This document shows positions 1-9,957 of a stretch of 48,891 bases of DNA, in pieces; position 1 is the stretch's first letter, and every line of letters starts with the position of its first letter. Both the position numbers and the translations under genes were made by a program. The notes under the pieces are model-generated. The model was not told where the DNA came from, did no database searches, and worked only from the letters and a program-made list of their open reading frames with translations. Source of the stretch: Akkermansiaceae bacterium (GTDB lineage: Bacteria; Verrucomicrobiota; Verrucomicrobiia; Verrucomicrobiales; Akkermansiaceae); the NCBI GenBank assembly GCA_044373535.1, contig JBILQA010000001.1, positions 1-48,891 on the forward strand, in the 5' to 3' direction.

Positions 1-66
1 GCGCACGCAAATGGGTGCAAGTTGCCGCTGGATATTTCTCCGCCTCGCCCTTTCAGGGCTTGGTGC

Positions 67-1674
67 CTAATCCGGCTTGTCGAGAAACACGAAATCCGGG
101 TTGCGCTCTTGCAGGAGGTTGATGAGCCACTGGTCTGGCAGGAAGACGACGTATTGGCCGTCAATGTCCTTGGCCAGGGCGCTGCCGGACGGGAGCTGCA
201 GGGTGGGGCGCTCGGCCAGCGATTCCGTTGGGTCGGACTTGCGCCGGACCCAGCGGATGACGTCCCATGGCGAGCTCTCGATCCGGCACGGCGCGCCGTA
301 CTCGCCTTCCAGCCGGTACTTGAGGACTTCAAACTGCAGGGGTCCAACAGCTCCTAACAACGGGACGCGCACCAGCGAGCCATCGATCTCAAACATCTGG
401 GCGACGCCCTCCTTGAGGAGTTGGTCGAGACCCTCGCGGAAGCGCTTGTAGTTGGCGGTGCCGTCGCACTGGACGTAGCAGAAGCACTCGGGTGCGAAGC
501 GCGGGATCTCACTGAAGGAGGTTTCACTGTCGCTCGCCAGGGTGTCGCCGACGTGGAAGTCATAATTCCCGACCAGGGCGACGACGTCGCCCGGATAGGC
601 GGTGTCCAACGTCTCGCGCTCCTGGGCAAACAGGCGCTGGGAGTTGGACAGGCGGATTTTTTTCCCGCTGCGGGCGTGGGTGACGTTCATGTCGCGCTCG
701 AAGGCGCCCGAGACGATGCGCACGAAGGCGGCGCGGTCGCGGTGCTTCGGGTTCATGTTGGCTTGGATCTTGAAGATGAAGCCGCTGAAGTCCGGAGCGC
801 TGGGTAGCACCTCGCGGGCGCCGGCCATGCGCGAGGTCGGCTCGGGTGCGAGCTCAAGGAAGCGGTCCAACATCAGCTGGACGCCGAAGTTGTTCATCGC
901 GCTGCCAAAGAAGATCGGCATCTGCTCGCCGGCGCGCACCCGCTCAGGATCTAGCGGTTGGGTAACAGCCTCGAGCAGGTCAATCTCCTGGCGGGCCTCG
1001 GCGAGGACGTCCGAGTCCACGGTGGCGTCCAGCTCCGGGTCGTCGATCCCCTTGGTTTGGACCGGGGCGCGGAACGACCCGTGGGGCGTGCGCTCAAACA
1101 GGTGGACCTGTTTGTTCTCCCGGTCGTAGACGCCTCGAAAGCGCGGACCATCGCCCAAGGGCCAGTTCACCGGCACCGGCGGCAAGCCTAACACCCGCTC
1201 GAGCTCGTCGATAAGCTCCAGCGGCGGGCGTGCGGGCCGGTCGAGCTTGTTAATGAAGACGAAGATCGGGACGCCGCGGCGGCGGCAGACTTCAAAGAGC
1301 TTTAGAGTTTGGGCTTCGATCCCCTTGGCGGCGTCGACGACCATGACGGCGGAGTCCACGGCGGTGAGGACGCGGTAGGTGTCCTCCGAGAAGTCCTTGT
1401 GGCCGGGGGTGTCGAGCAGGTTGACGCAGAGGCCGTTGTAGTCGAACTGGAGGACCGTTGAGGAGACCGAGATGCCGCGTTGTTTTTCGAGCTCCATCCA
1501 GTCCGAGGCGGTTGAGCGCTGGGATTTGCGCGCGGTGACGCTGCCGGCCAGGTGGAGCGCGCCGCCGTAGAGGAGGAGTTTTTCGGTTAGAGTCGTCTTG
1601 CCGGCATCCGGGTGGGAGATGATCGCGAAGGTGCGACGGCGGGCAATTTCCTTGGCGTGTGGCGAATCAGACAT
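67..1674 (-). CDS. prfC: peptide chain release factor 3 (translational GTPase)
   Basis: Uses the internal ATG (MSDSPHAKEIARRRTFAIISHPDAGKTT...) of the 786-aa ORF. GTPase motifs G1 AIISHPDAGKTT, G3 DTPGH, G4 NKLD. About 535 aa, full-length RF3-like. The upstream part of the long ORF overlaps pyrE on the other strand. Confidence 0.93.
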   Translation of the reverse strand: MSDSPHAKEIARRRTFAIISHPDAGKTTLTEKLLLYGGALHLAGSVTARKSQRSTASDWMELEKQRGISVSSTVLQFDYNGLCVNLLDTPGHKDFSEDTYRVLTAVDSAVMVVDAAKGIEAQTLKLFEVCRRRGVPIFVFINKLDRPARPPLELIDELERVLGLPPVPVNWPLGDGPRFRGVYDRENKQVHLFERTPHGSFRAPVQTKGIDDPELDATVDSDVLAEARQEIDLLEAVTQPLDPERVRAGEQMPIFFGSAMNNFGVQLMLDRFLELAPEPTSRMAGAREVLPSAPDFSGFIFKIQANMNPKHRDRAAFVRIVSGAFERDMNVTHARSGKKIRLSNSQRLFAQERETLDTAYPGDVVALVGNYDFHVGDTLASDSETSFSEIPRFAPECFCYVQCDGTANYKRFREGLDQLLKEGVAQMFEIDGSLVRVPLLGAVGPLQFEVLKYRLEGEYGAPCRIESSPWDVIRWVRRKSDPTESLAERPTLQLPSGSALAKDIDGQYVVFLPDQWLINLLQERNPDFVFLDKPD

Positions 1675-1783
1675 GGAGCGGCGCCATCCAAGGGGAAGAA
1701 CGCCGCCGATCAAAGGGGAAAACCTGTCGGTTAGAAATCCATCCGCGCTGGCACACGCGCGCCTGCTGTGCTCCACTGCGCGC

Positions 1784-2359
1784 ATGTCCGCCACCGCCCG
1801 CGCCGCACTGAAGTCCCTGCTGCTAGAAAAATCCGTCCGTACGGGCGAGTTCACCTTGGCGTCGGGCAAGACGTCCGACCTGTACATTGACTGCCGGACC
1901 ACAGCGCTGGACCCGGTGGGCGCTACGCTCATCGGGGAGCTTGGCTGGGCGGCGGTGAAGGAGCAGATGGCCGCGCTGGGGATTCGGCCCGACGCGATTG
2001 GTGGCATGACGCTGGGCGCGGATCCGATCTCGCTGGCCGTCGGGATGACCTCGGCACGGGTTGACCCGCAGTCCCCGATGCAGGTTTTCACGGTGCGCAA
2101 GGAGCCCAAGGGCCACGGGCGCGGCAAGCAGATCGAGGGGAACTTCGCCGCGGGCAACCAGGTGATTGTCGTCGATGACGTCATCACCACTGGGGGCTCC
2201 ACCTTGAAGGCAATTGATGCCATTGAGCGTGAGGGAGGGACTGTTGCCTTTGCGCTGGTCCTCGTCGACCGCGAGGAAGGCGGCCGCGCGGCCATCGAGG
2301 AGCGCGGCATTCCGGTGCTCACTTTGTTTACCCGCACGAGTCTGTTGGGACCCGCGTAG
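1784..2359 (+). CDS. pyrE: orotate phosphoribosyltransferase
   Basis: Start taken at MSATARAALKSLLLEK. Shows FTLASGKTSDLYIDCR and the PRPP-binding loop VIVVDDVITTGGST. About 191 aa. Confidence 0.9.
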   Translation: MSATARAALKSLLLEKSVRTGEFTLASGKTSDLYIDCRTTALDPVGATLIGELGWAAVKEQMAALGIRPDAIGGMTLGADPISLAVGMTSARVDPQSPMQVFTVRKEPKGHGRGKQIEGNFAAGNQVIVVDDVITTGGSTLKAIDAIEREGGTVAFALVLVDREEGGRAAIEERGIPVLTLFTRTSLLGPA

Positions 2360-2438
2360 AGAACTGAGCCGCCTGCCGTCAGAACGTTCGAAGGCCAAAT
2401 GGACTCTCCGCCGCCCCCTCGCCACAAGATAGCCCACC

Positions 2439-3464
2439 ATGCCGATCATCTCGCGCCGCAAGCAGCTTTACCCGGTCACCGCGTCGCTGCGCCAGTACTT
2501 GTACCGGTTTGACCGGCAGTCGGACATACCACTAGTTTACAACGACTTGTGTCGCTTCTCCGGGTCCATGCCGTACGAGGACCCGAGCGGGCGTGAGACC
2601 TTGTGGCTCACGGTGATGTATCCGCCGGAGGTGATGGAGGAGCTGGGTCCGCAACTGACGCGCATCTACGCCAACCTGAAGATCGGCGGCGAGAGCGATC
2701 TGCACAAGCACCTGACGGTTGACCGGATTGACTTCGGCGAGTTTGGCAATTCGCGGCCGTTCCGGATCCGGGTGACCAACCTGTTTAACGACAACTCGGA
2801 CTATTATTATGTGAAGACCGCGGACTCCTCGCGGATTTACGGGCTGGAGATTGAGCACATCCTCTCGCCCAACCGGATCAACTACCTGGTCAACGGCAAC
2901 ACCCTCATCGAGGAGCACATCGCTGGCCTGCCAGGCAGCGTTTTCAACCGCGACTACCTGAGCCGCAGTGACTTCAACCCGGTCCGCATCGCCAAGGAGT
3001 TCGTCAAGTTCAACGAGCGCTGCTTTATCCGGCTGCTCGGCGACATGCGCTCGGCGAACTACGTGGTGGACATCACCCCGGACTTTGAGGAGGTCCAGTA
3101 CCGGGTGCGCCCGATCGACTTTGACCAGCAATCGTATGAGGGGCGATCGGCGATCTACCACGCGTATCGATTCCGCGACAACCATGCGGTGACGCGGCTG
3201 GCGTTTAACGTCCTGCACCGCCGGGTCATTGCCCAGTACATCGAGGAGGAGCGCAGCCAGATGGCCCGCCGCGCCCGCGTTGAACAACAGCGCCTGCGCG
3301 CGCTCTTCAGTGTCATGAAGCGCGACGAAATCGCCCCCATCGCCCACGTCCTCACCCTCAAGGAGGACCTCCGCCGCGCCCACCACACCGAGCGGTTTGA
3401 CGAGTGCAAGAACATGGGCGAACTAACCGCCGAGCACATTCTTCTGATGCTCGAGACAAACTGA
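2439..3464 (+). CDS. hypothetical protein, possibly protein-kinase-like fold
   Basis: 341-aa ORF with coding-like composition. Motifs YYYVKTADSSRIYGLE, EEHIAG, ANYVVD and PIDFDQ loosely resemble the Lys/hinge/catalytic-loop/DFG layout of atypical kinases. No family identified by eye. Confidence 0.6.
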   Translation: MPIISRRKQLYPVTASLRQYLYRFDRQSDIPLVYNDLCRFSGSMPYEDPSGRETLWLTVMYPPEVMEELGPQLTRIYANLKIGGESDLHKHLTVDRIDFGEFGNSRPFRIRVTNLFNDNSDYYYVKTADSSRIYGLEIEHILSPNRINYLVNGNTLIEEHIAGLPGSVFNRDYLSRSDFNPVRIAKEFVKFNERCFIRLLGDMRSANYVVDITPDFEEVQYRVRPIDFDQQSYEGRSAIYHAYRFRDNHAVTRLAFNVLHRRVIAQYIEEERSQMARRARVEQQRLRALFSVMKRDEIAPIAHVLTLKEDLRRAHHTERFDECKNMGELTAEHILLMLETN

Positions 3465-3526
3465 GTCTCCCCGGCGGCCACCCCATTGCGCCCCGCTCTG
3501 AGACGCGCGCAAAAAAGAGAGGCGGG

Positions 3527-3563
3527 CAAAAAAACGCCGCGGACTGGAGTTCCAGCCCGCGGC
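3527..3563 (-). terminator. rho-independent terminator downstream of glnB
   Basis: Hairpin GCCGCGG-A-CTGG-AGTT-CCAG-C-CCGCGGC at 3536-3563. On the minus strand it is followed by a U-run (plus-strand A7 at 3528-3534). It lies 20 nt past the glnB stop. Confidence 0.7.
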
Positions 3564-3583
3564 AGGGGAAAACGTGCGCCCGC

Positions 3584-4006
<423 letters not shown>

Positions 4007-4158
4007 CTAACCGAACGATGGGTTCTCGCCTGCGGGGAATCAAGGGAATACCCAAGTGTGGGGAAAAATTCCGGGGTCGTGCGGCGGGTGCTGTGGAAGG
4101 ATTAGCGGCCGCGCGGGCTTGCCCGGCTGGCCAGGCGAGGTTAACTTCCGCGCGCCCC

Positions 4159-7100
4159 ATGTCCGACTCCTTTGTCCACCTGCATTTGCACACCGAGTAT
4201 TCCACCTTGGACGGGGCGACGCGGACCGACGAGGTGGCTGAGCGAGCGGCGGCCCTGGGGATGCCCGCGGTGGCCATCACCGACCACGGCAACCTCTACG
4301 GCGCCATCGAGTTTTATCAGGCGGCGAAAAAAGCCGGGGTCAAACCGATCCTTGGCTGCGAGATCTACCTTGCGCCCGGCTCGCTGCATGAGCGCAAGGA
4401 CGTCGTCGGGCGCAAGCGCGCGACCCACATGACCCTGCTGGCGAGCAACCTCCAGGGGTGGAAAAACCTCACCAAGCTCGTCACCGTCGGGCACCTTGAC
4501 GGGATGTACTACGGCAAGCCGCGGGTCGACCGCGAGGCGCTCGCCGAGTTTTCCGACGGGATCATCTGTTTGAGCGGGTGCATGAGCGGGCCGGTCAACG
4601 AGTGGATCCGCCTCGACCAGATGGACAAGGCGCGCGAGGAGGTCGCCGCGCTGCGCGACATCTACGGGGCCGGGAACTTCTTCCTCGAGCTGCACGACCA
4701 CGGGTTGGAGATCCAACAGAAGTGCACCGCCGGCCTGCTAGAGCTGGCGCGTGAGTTCAAGATCCAGCCGGTGGCGGCCAACGACGTGCATTTCCTGAGC
4801 CGGGCGGACCACGAGGCGCACGACGTGATGATCTGCATCGGCACCGGGCGCCTGGTGTTGGATGAGAACCGGATGCGCTACTCGCCGGAGGTTTATTTCA
4901 AGACCGCCGAGGAGATGCGCTATTTGTTCCGTGATGTCCCCGGAGCCTGCGATGCCACACTCGAGATCGCCGAGCGCTGCGACGTCGAGCTGAAGTTAGA
5001 CCCGACCAGCTCGGAGAAATACCCGCAGTTTGGCACGCCCGACGGCAGCCCGCGCGAGACGTACTTCCGCGAGCTGTGCTTTGCCGGCCTGGAGAAGCGC
5101 TACGGCGTGGAGCGGGCCCAGAGCGATGCGCCGCTGCGCGCGCGGCTCGACTACGAGATCAAGGTCATCAACGACTTGAGCTTCTCAAGCTACTTCCTCA
5201 TCACGGCCGACTTCATCAACTGGGCGAAGGACAACCGGATTCCCGTCGGGCCGGGCCGCGGATCGGCGGCGGGCTCGCTGGTGGCCTACACGATGGGCAT
5301 CACCGACATTTGTCCGATCCGCTTTGGCCTTCTGTTTGAGCGCTTCCTCAACCCGGAGCGGGTTAGCCCGCCGGACGTCGACATCGACTTTTGCCAGAGC
5401 CGCCGCGTCGAGGTCATCGACTACGTACGCAAAAAATACGGCGAGCGCTGTGTGAGCCACATCATCACCTACGGCACGCTTGGCGCCAAGAGCGTCATCC
5501 GCGATGTCGCTCGCGTCATGGGCATCGCCTACAGCGAGGCCGACCGGATCGCCAAGATGATCGAGGCCAAGCCCGGCGTGAAACTCAAAGAGGAGTTCGC
5601 CAGCAAGGCCGAGCTGCGCGAGCTCATCGAGTCGAGCACCAGCTATCGCGAGCTGTGGGAATATGCCCTTAAACTTGAAGGTCTTACCCGCAACGTGGGA
5701 GTCCACGCCGCGGGCATCGTCATCGGCGACCAAGCGCTCGACGAGCACGTCCCGCTGACCCGCGGCAATGAAGGGGAAGTCGTCACCCAGGCGGACATGG
5801 GCGCCATCACCGAGATCGGCCTGCTCAAGATGGACTTCCTGGGGTTGAAGAACCTCACCGTCATCCAGGAGGCCGAGGACCACATCCGCAAGCACACGCC
5901 GGGTTTTGACATCCACGACATTGCGTTGGACGACCAGCCGACCTTTGACCTGCTCAACCGCGGCGAGACGATGGGCGTCTTCCAGTTGGAAAGTGGCGGG
6001 ATGGTCGAGACGTGCCGCAAGTACGACATCCGCAGCATCGACGACATCATCGACCTTATCGCCCTCTATCGGCCCGGCGCGATGCAGTTCATCGACCAGA
6101 TGATCGAGGTCAAAAAGAGCATCAAGAAGGCCGAGTACGAGCACCCGCTGCTAGAGACGGTGTGCGGAGACACCTTCGGGGTGATGATCTATCAGGAGCA
6201 GGTGCAGAACGCGGCCAAGCTTTTGGCCGGCTACACGCTCGGCGGCGCGGACATCCTGCGGCGCATCATGGGCAAGAAGAAGCCCGAGGAGATGGCCCAA
6301 CAGCGCGACATCTTTGTCAAGGGCTGCGCGGAGACCAACGAGATCAGCGCGCCGCTGGCCAACAAGATTTTCGACAAGATCGCGACCTTTGCCGGCTACG
6401 GGTTCAACAAGTCCCATTCGGCCTGCTACGGGCATATTTCCTACTGGACGGCCTACCTGAAGGCCAACCACCCGGTGGAGTTTATGGCGGCCCTGCTGTC
6501 CAACGAGATCCACAACACCGACAAGATCGGGGTGTTTGTCGCCGAGTGCCACCGGATGGGCATTGAGATCTTGCCCCCGGATGTGAATGCGGCGTGGCTG
6601 CGCTTTGCGCCCGAGAGGATGCCCTCGGGCAATCTGGCGATCCGCTACGGGCTGGCGGCCATCAAGAATGTCGGCAGCGGCGCCATGGAGCAGGCGATCG
6701 CCGAGCGCGCCAAGGCGGGACCGTTCACGTCCCTGGACGACTTTTCCAACCGCCTTGACTCGAAGGTGGTCAACAAACGCATCCTGGAAAACCTGGCCAA
6801 GGCGGGGGCCATGGACTGGACCGGAGAAACCCGCGCCGGGATGGTCGCGCGGCTTGAGCAGGTGACCGCCTCGGCGAGCTCCGCCCAGCGCGACCGCGCG
6901 ACCGGCCAGGGAGCGCTGTTTGACACGATGGATTTCCTCGGTGGCGGCGCCGAGGGGAGCTCCCAGGTGGAGAGCGAGCCGGTCGAGGAGTGGACCAAGG
7001 AGGCGCGGCTCGAGCATGAGAAGGAGCTGTTGGGGTTCTACGTCACCGGCCATCCGCTGGACAAATTCCGCTCGCTGATCGACTCGGACCGCTATTGCCA

Positions 7101-7632
7101 GTTAGGCGCGCTCGACGAGCTCGACGTGAAGAACCCGCGTGACCGGTTTGCCTTTGCGGGGATGATCCGGAGCGTTGAGAACAAGATGACAAAATCGGGC
7201 AAGGCGTTTGGCGTCTTGGTCTTGGAGGACTTCACCGGGAGCCGCGAGGTGCTCCTGTGGAGCGAAAGCTACCTGCCGGCGCGCGAGGCCGGCTTGTTGG
7301 CGCCTGGCCGCGTGATCCGCCTGCGGGCCGCCGTGCAGGTGGACGACCGCACCGAACAGCGCCGGCTAACAGGTTCGGAGGTCAAGGAGCTCAAGCCGGG
7401 CAAGTCCAACAGCAGCGGACCGCTCGAGCTAACCCTGTGGCTGGCGCGCAGCGGCGAGCAGGACCTCAAGGCCATCCGCAGCACGTTGGCCGCCCACCCC
7501 GGACCCAGCGAGGTGCTGCTGCACTTCCAGAACAGCGCCGGACGCCGCGCCACGGTCACCGCCGGTGAGCGACTCCGGGTCAAGCGCAGCCCGGAGCTTG
7601 AAAAGGCCCTCGGCCGCTGGATCGACCTCTAG
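4159..7632 (+). CDS. dnaE: DNA polymerase III alpha subunit
   Basis: PHP domain start MSDSFVHLHLHTEYSTLDGA. Also GLLKMDFLGLKNLT, FNKSHSACY and an OB-fold C-terminal region. About 1157 aa from ATG 4159. Confidence 0.95.
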   Translation: MSDSFVHLHLHTEYSTLDGATRTDEVAERAAALGMPAVAITDHGNLYGAIEFYQAAKKAGVKPILGCEIYLAPGSLHERKDVVGRKRATHMTLLASNLQGWKNLTKLVTVGHLDGMYYGKPRVDREALAEFSDGIICLSGCMSGPVNEWIRLDQMDKAREEVAALRDIYGAGNFFLELHDHGLEIQQKCTAGLLELAREFKIQPVAANDVHFLSRADHEAHDVMICIGTGRLVLDENRMRYSPEVYFKTAEEMRYLFRDVPGACDATLEIAERCDVELKLDPTSSEKYPQFGTPDGSPRETYFRELCFAGLEKRYGVERAQSDAPLRARLDYEIKVINDLSFSSYFLITADFINWAKDNRIPVGPGRGSAAGSLVAYTMGITDICPIRFGLLFERFLNPERVSPPDVDIDFCQSRRVEVIDYVRKKYGERCVSHIITYGTLGAKSVIRDVARVMGIAYSEADRIAKMIEAKPGVKLKEEFASKAELRELIESSTSYRELWEYALKLEGLTRNVGVHAAGIVIGDQALDEHVPLTRGNEGEVVTQADMGAITEIGLLKMDFLGLKNLTVIQEAEDHIRKHTPGFDIHDIALDDQPTFDLLNRGETMGVFQLESGGMVETCRKYDIRSIDDIIDLIALYRPGAMQFIDQMIEVKKSIKKAEYEHPLLETVCGDTFGVMIYQEQVQNAAKLLAGYTLGGADILRRIMGKKKPEEMAQQRDIFVKGCAETNEISAPLANKIFDKIATFAGYGFNKSHSACYGHISYWTAYLKANHPVEFMAALLSNEIHNTDKIGVFVAECHRMGIEILPPDVNAAWLRFAPERMPSGNLAIRYGLAAIKNVGSGAMEQAIAERAKAGPFTSLDDFSNRLDSKVVNKRILENLAKAGAMDWTGETRAGMVARLEQVTASASSAQRDRATGQGALFDTMDFLGGGAEGSSQVESEPVEEWTKEARLEHEKELLGFYVTGHPLDKFRSLIDSDRYCQLGALDELDVKNPRDRFAFAGMIRSVENKMTKSGKAFGVLVLEDFTGSREVLLWSESYLPAREAGLLAPGRVIRLRAAVQVDDRTEQRRLTGSEVKELKPGKSNSSGPLELTLWLARSGEQDLKAIRSTLAAHPGPSEVLLHFQNSAGRRATVTAGERLRVKRSPELEKALGRWIDL

Positions 7633-7663
7633 GCGGAGAGCCGGAAGCGGTGGAGCCGGGAAA

Positions 7664-7685
7664 TTGTTCATATTTAATTGAACAA
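7664..7685. promoter_or_regulatory. AT-rich palindrome TTGTTCA-N8-TGAACAA (candidate operator/promoter element)
   Basis: Perfect 7-bp inverted repeat with an 8-nt spacer (TATTTAAT), 29 nt upstream of the regulator ATG. The right half overlaps a possible -35 TTGAAC (7678-7683), then 17 nt, then TAGGGT (7701-7706). Confidence 0.5.
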
Positions 7686-7713
7686 CGCGGCTCCCTCGGC
7701 TAGGGTCTGCAGC

Positions 7714-8232
7714 ATGGAACAGAGCGTTCTTGAAACCCCCGGTGAACCGCCCGTCGAGCTGAATGCCTTTGAGCGTCAGGTAGTAGACTTTTTCACCGAT
7801 GGGGTCCGGCTTGTTGGTCTGCCAAAGTCGATGGGGGAAATTTACGGCCTGTTGTTCATTTCCCAGCGGCCCTTGGCCCTGGATGACCTGGTGAGCCACC
7901 TCGGCATCAGCAAGGGCTCGGCAAGCCAGGGCCTGCGCGCACTCAAAACCCTCGGCGCGGTGCGCGAGGCACAATGCGAGCAGGCTGGCCGTCGCACCTA
8001 CTTCGAGCCCGACCTCGCCCTCAAGCGCCTTGTCGGCGGCTTCATCCGCGAGCAAGTCCGCCCGCACCTCGAGAGCGGCCGCAGCAAGCTTGAGCTCCTG
8101 CAGGTGGCCACCAAGGCGGTCGAGATTGCCGAGGAGCGCGAGTTCTATCAGGAGCGGATAGAACGGCTGGAAAATTGGCTGCGCAAAGCCCGGATCATGC
8201 TACCGGTAATGCAGAAGATTTTAGGCGAATGA
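7714..8232 (+). CDS. winged-helix transcriptional regulator, MarR/GbsR-like
   Basis: GLPKSMGEIYGLLFISQRPLALDDLVSHLGISKGSASQGLRALKTLGAVR is a wHTH of GbsR/MarR type. ATG at 7714 preferred over the upstream TTG at 7678. Confidence 0.7.
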   Translation: MEQSVLETPGEPPVELNAFERQVVDFFTDGVRLVGLPKSMGEIYGLLFISQRPLALDDLVSHLGISKGSASQGLRALKTLGAVREAQCEQAGRRTYFEPDLALKRLVGGFIREQVRPHLESGRSKLELLQVATKAVEIAEEREFYQERIERLENWLRKARIMLPVMQKILGE

Positions 8233-8786
8233 TCGAACCCTCTGCGCAATCCCCGGGTCCGCGCTGGTACTGCGTACGAACCCAGACCAAGCGCGAGCAC
8301 ATCGCGGCGAAGAATCTGCGCCAGCTCGAGGAGGTCGCCGTGATTTGCCCGATGCTGCGCTACCGCAAGGCGACACGGCGCGGCAAGATCTGGTGGCGCG
8401 AGGCGATGTTCCCGGGCTATGTTTTGGTCAAGTTTGACTTGGCCAGCCATGAGCGGGCGGTGACTTACGCGCAAGGAGTCCGCGGGCTGGTGCGGTTTGG
8501 GGCGCTGATCCCGCCAGTACCCGAGGGGTTTGTTGCCCGGCTTGGCGAGGAGCTCACCCGCGGCGAGGACGCGGAAAACGAACTGACGCTCAACCTCATG
8601 CCGCGGATTGAGCCGGGCGAGGAGGTTGAGGTTGCCCACGGCCCGCTGCAGGGGATGCGCGGGCTGGTCACCGAGGTGCTGCCCGGGCGTGAGCGCGTGC
8701 GGGTTCTCCTCGAGTTCCTTGGCCAGGTTCAACCCATCGAGGTGGACCTTTTTTCGCTGCTGATGCCGCGCCGGCCCTGCCCTTGA
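8229..8786 (+). CDS. NusG-family transcription antiterminator paralogue (RfaH/UpxY-like)
   Basis: NGN-like N-terminus [18 protein letters not shown]...FPGYVLVKF and KOW-like C-terminus [23 protein letters not shown]. The ATG overlaps the regulator stop (ATGA at 8229-8232). It sits at the head of the glycan locus. Confidence 0.75.
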   Translation: MIEPSAQSPGPRWYCVRTQTKREHIAAKNLRQLEEVAVICPMLRYRKATRRGKIWWREAMFPGYVLVKFDLASHERAVTYAQGVRGLVRFGALIPPVPEGFVARLGEELTRGEDAENELTLNLMPRIEPGEEVEVAHGPLQGMRGLVTEVLPGRERVRVLLEFLGQVQPIEVDLFSLLMPRRPCP

Positions 8787-8809
8787 GGAGCCCGTGTGGG
8801 CCGCGAGAT

Positions 8810-8829
8810 TTGTTCATTTTGGATTGAAC
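8810..8829. promoter_or_regulatory. second copy of the TTGTTCA-N8-TGAAC motif in the leader of the biosynthetic genes
   Basis: TTGTTCA TTTTGGAT TGAAC has the same half-sites and the same 8-nt spacing as 7664-7685. It lies in the 193-nt gap between the NusG-like gene and the first sugar gene. Confidence 0.45.
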
Positions 8830-8979
8830 TTCCTCGCCATTGGTTACTGGATAGTCACCGCGCCGGGAGGTGGCCGAGTCCTCGGCCAAGATCCCGTGCG
8901 AAGTTGCCGCGGCCTTGGTTTTGCATTTGCGCAATCGACCACCGGCGGCAGCGTGTCGGGCCCCCTGGCGATAACAGTT

Positions 8980-9942
8980 ATGAGCAAGCAGAAAACCGCA
9001 GTGATCACCGGTGGGGCCGGGTTTGTCGCATCCCACCTGGCCGAGCGCCTGCTAGCCGATGGGCTGCGGGTCATCGCGCTGGATAATTTCATCACCGGCA
9101 ACGCGCGCAACATCGCCCACTTGGGTACGACGCCGGAGTTTTCCTTCATTGAGCAGGATGTGGCCAAGCCGTTCAGCGTGGTGGGCCCGGTCGACTACGT
9201 TTTCCACCTGGCGTCGCCGGCGAGCCCGATTGACTACCTGCAGATTCCGCTCGAGACGCTGGCGGCGGGGTCCTACGCGAGCCACCACTGCCTTGAACTG
9301 GCGGAGGCGAAGGGGGCGACATTTCTGTTAGCCTCGACGTCGGAGGTGTATGGGGACCCCGAGGTGCATCCGCAGAAGGAGAGCTACTGGGGGAACGTGA
9401 ACTCGATTGGGCCGCGGAGTTGTTATGACGAGGCGAAGCGCTACGCGGAGGCGGTGACGATGGCCTACCTGCGCGCGAAGCAGGTCGACACGCGGATCGT
9501 GAGGATTTTTAACACGTATGGACCGCGGATGCGGCTTGACGACGGGCGAGTGGTGCCGGCGTTCATCGGGCAGGTATTGCGCGGCGAGCCGATGACGATT
9601 TTTGGTGATGGCTCACAGACCCGGAGTTTCTGCTATGTGTCGGATCTGGTGGAAGGGATCTGGCGGTTGGCGCGCAGCGGGTTCCACGAGCCAGTCAACC
9701 TAGGCAACCCGCATGAGATGAGCATCCGCGACTTCGGCGTGGCGATTGCCAAGAAGCTCGGAGTGGAGCCAAGCTTCAGTGAGCTGCCCTTGCCCGAGGA
9801 CGATCCGAAGGTGCGCAAGCCGGACATCACGCGGGCCCAGACGCTGCTTGGCTGGGAACCGGCGGTTGGCTTTGACACGGGCATCAGCGCCACGATTGAC
9901 TACTTCGCCGAAGTGGTGCGGGGCGAATTGGCCTGTGCTTGA
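8980..9942 (+). CDS. UDP-glucuronate decarboxylase (UDP-xylose synthase), extended SDR
   Basis: Start at [20 protein letters not shown]. Also [11 protein letters not shown], catalytic YDEAKR, and [10 protein letters not shown]. Confidence 0.85.
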   Translation: MSKQKTAVITGGAGFVASHLAERLLADGLRVIALDNFITGNARNIAHLGTTPEFSFIEQDVAKPFSVVGPVDYVFHLASPASPIDYLQIPLETLAAGSYASHHCLELAEAKGATFLLASTSEVYGDPEVHPQKESYWGNVNSIGPRSCYDEAKRYAEAVTMAYLRAKQVDTRIVRIFNTYGPRMRLDDGRVVPAFIGQVLRGEPMTIFGDGSQTRSFCYVSDLVEGIWRLARSGFHEPVNLGNPHEMSIRDFGVAIAKKLGVEPSFSELPLPEDDPKVRKPDITRAQTLLGWEPAVGFDTGISATIDYFAEVVRGELACA

Positions 9943-9957
9943 GCTTTGAGAATTCAC

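Noticed and set aside
1675-2427. N-terminal 250-aa extension of the 786-aa minus-strand ORF (67-2427)
   Set aside because: The extension is Ser/Arg/Pro/Ala-rich low-complexity sequence lying antisense to a clear pyrE gene. A canonical RF3 N-terminus begins at the internal ATG at 1674. It is a high-GC read-through artefact.
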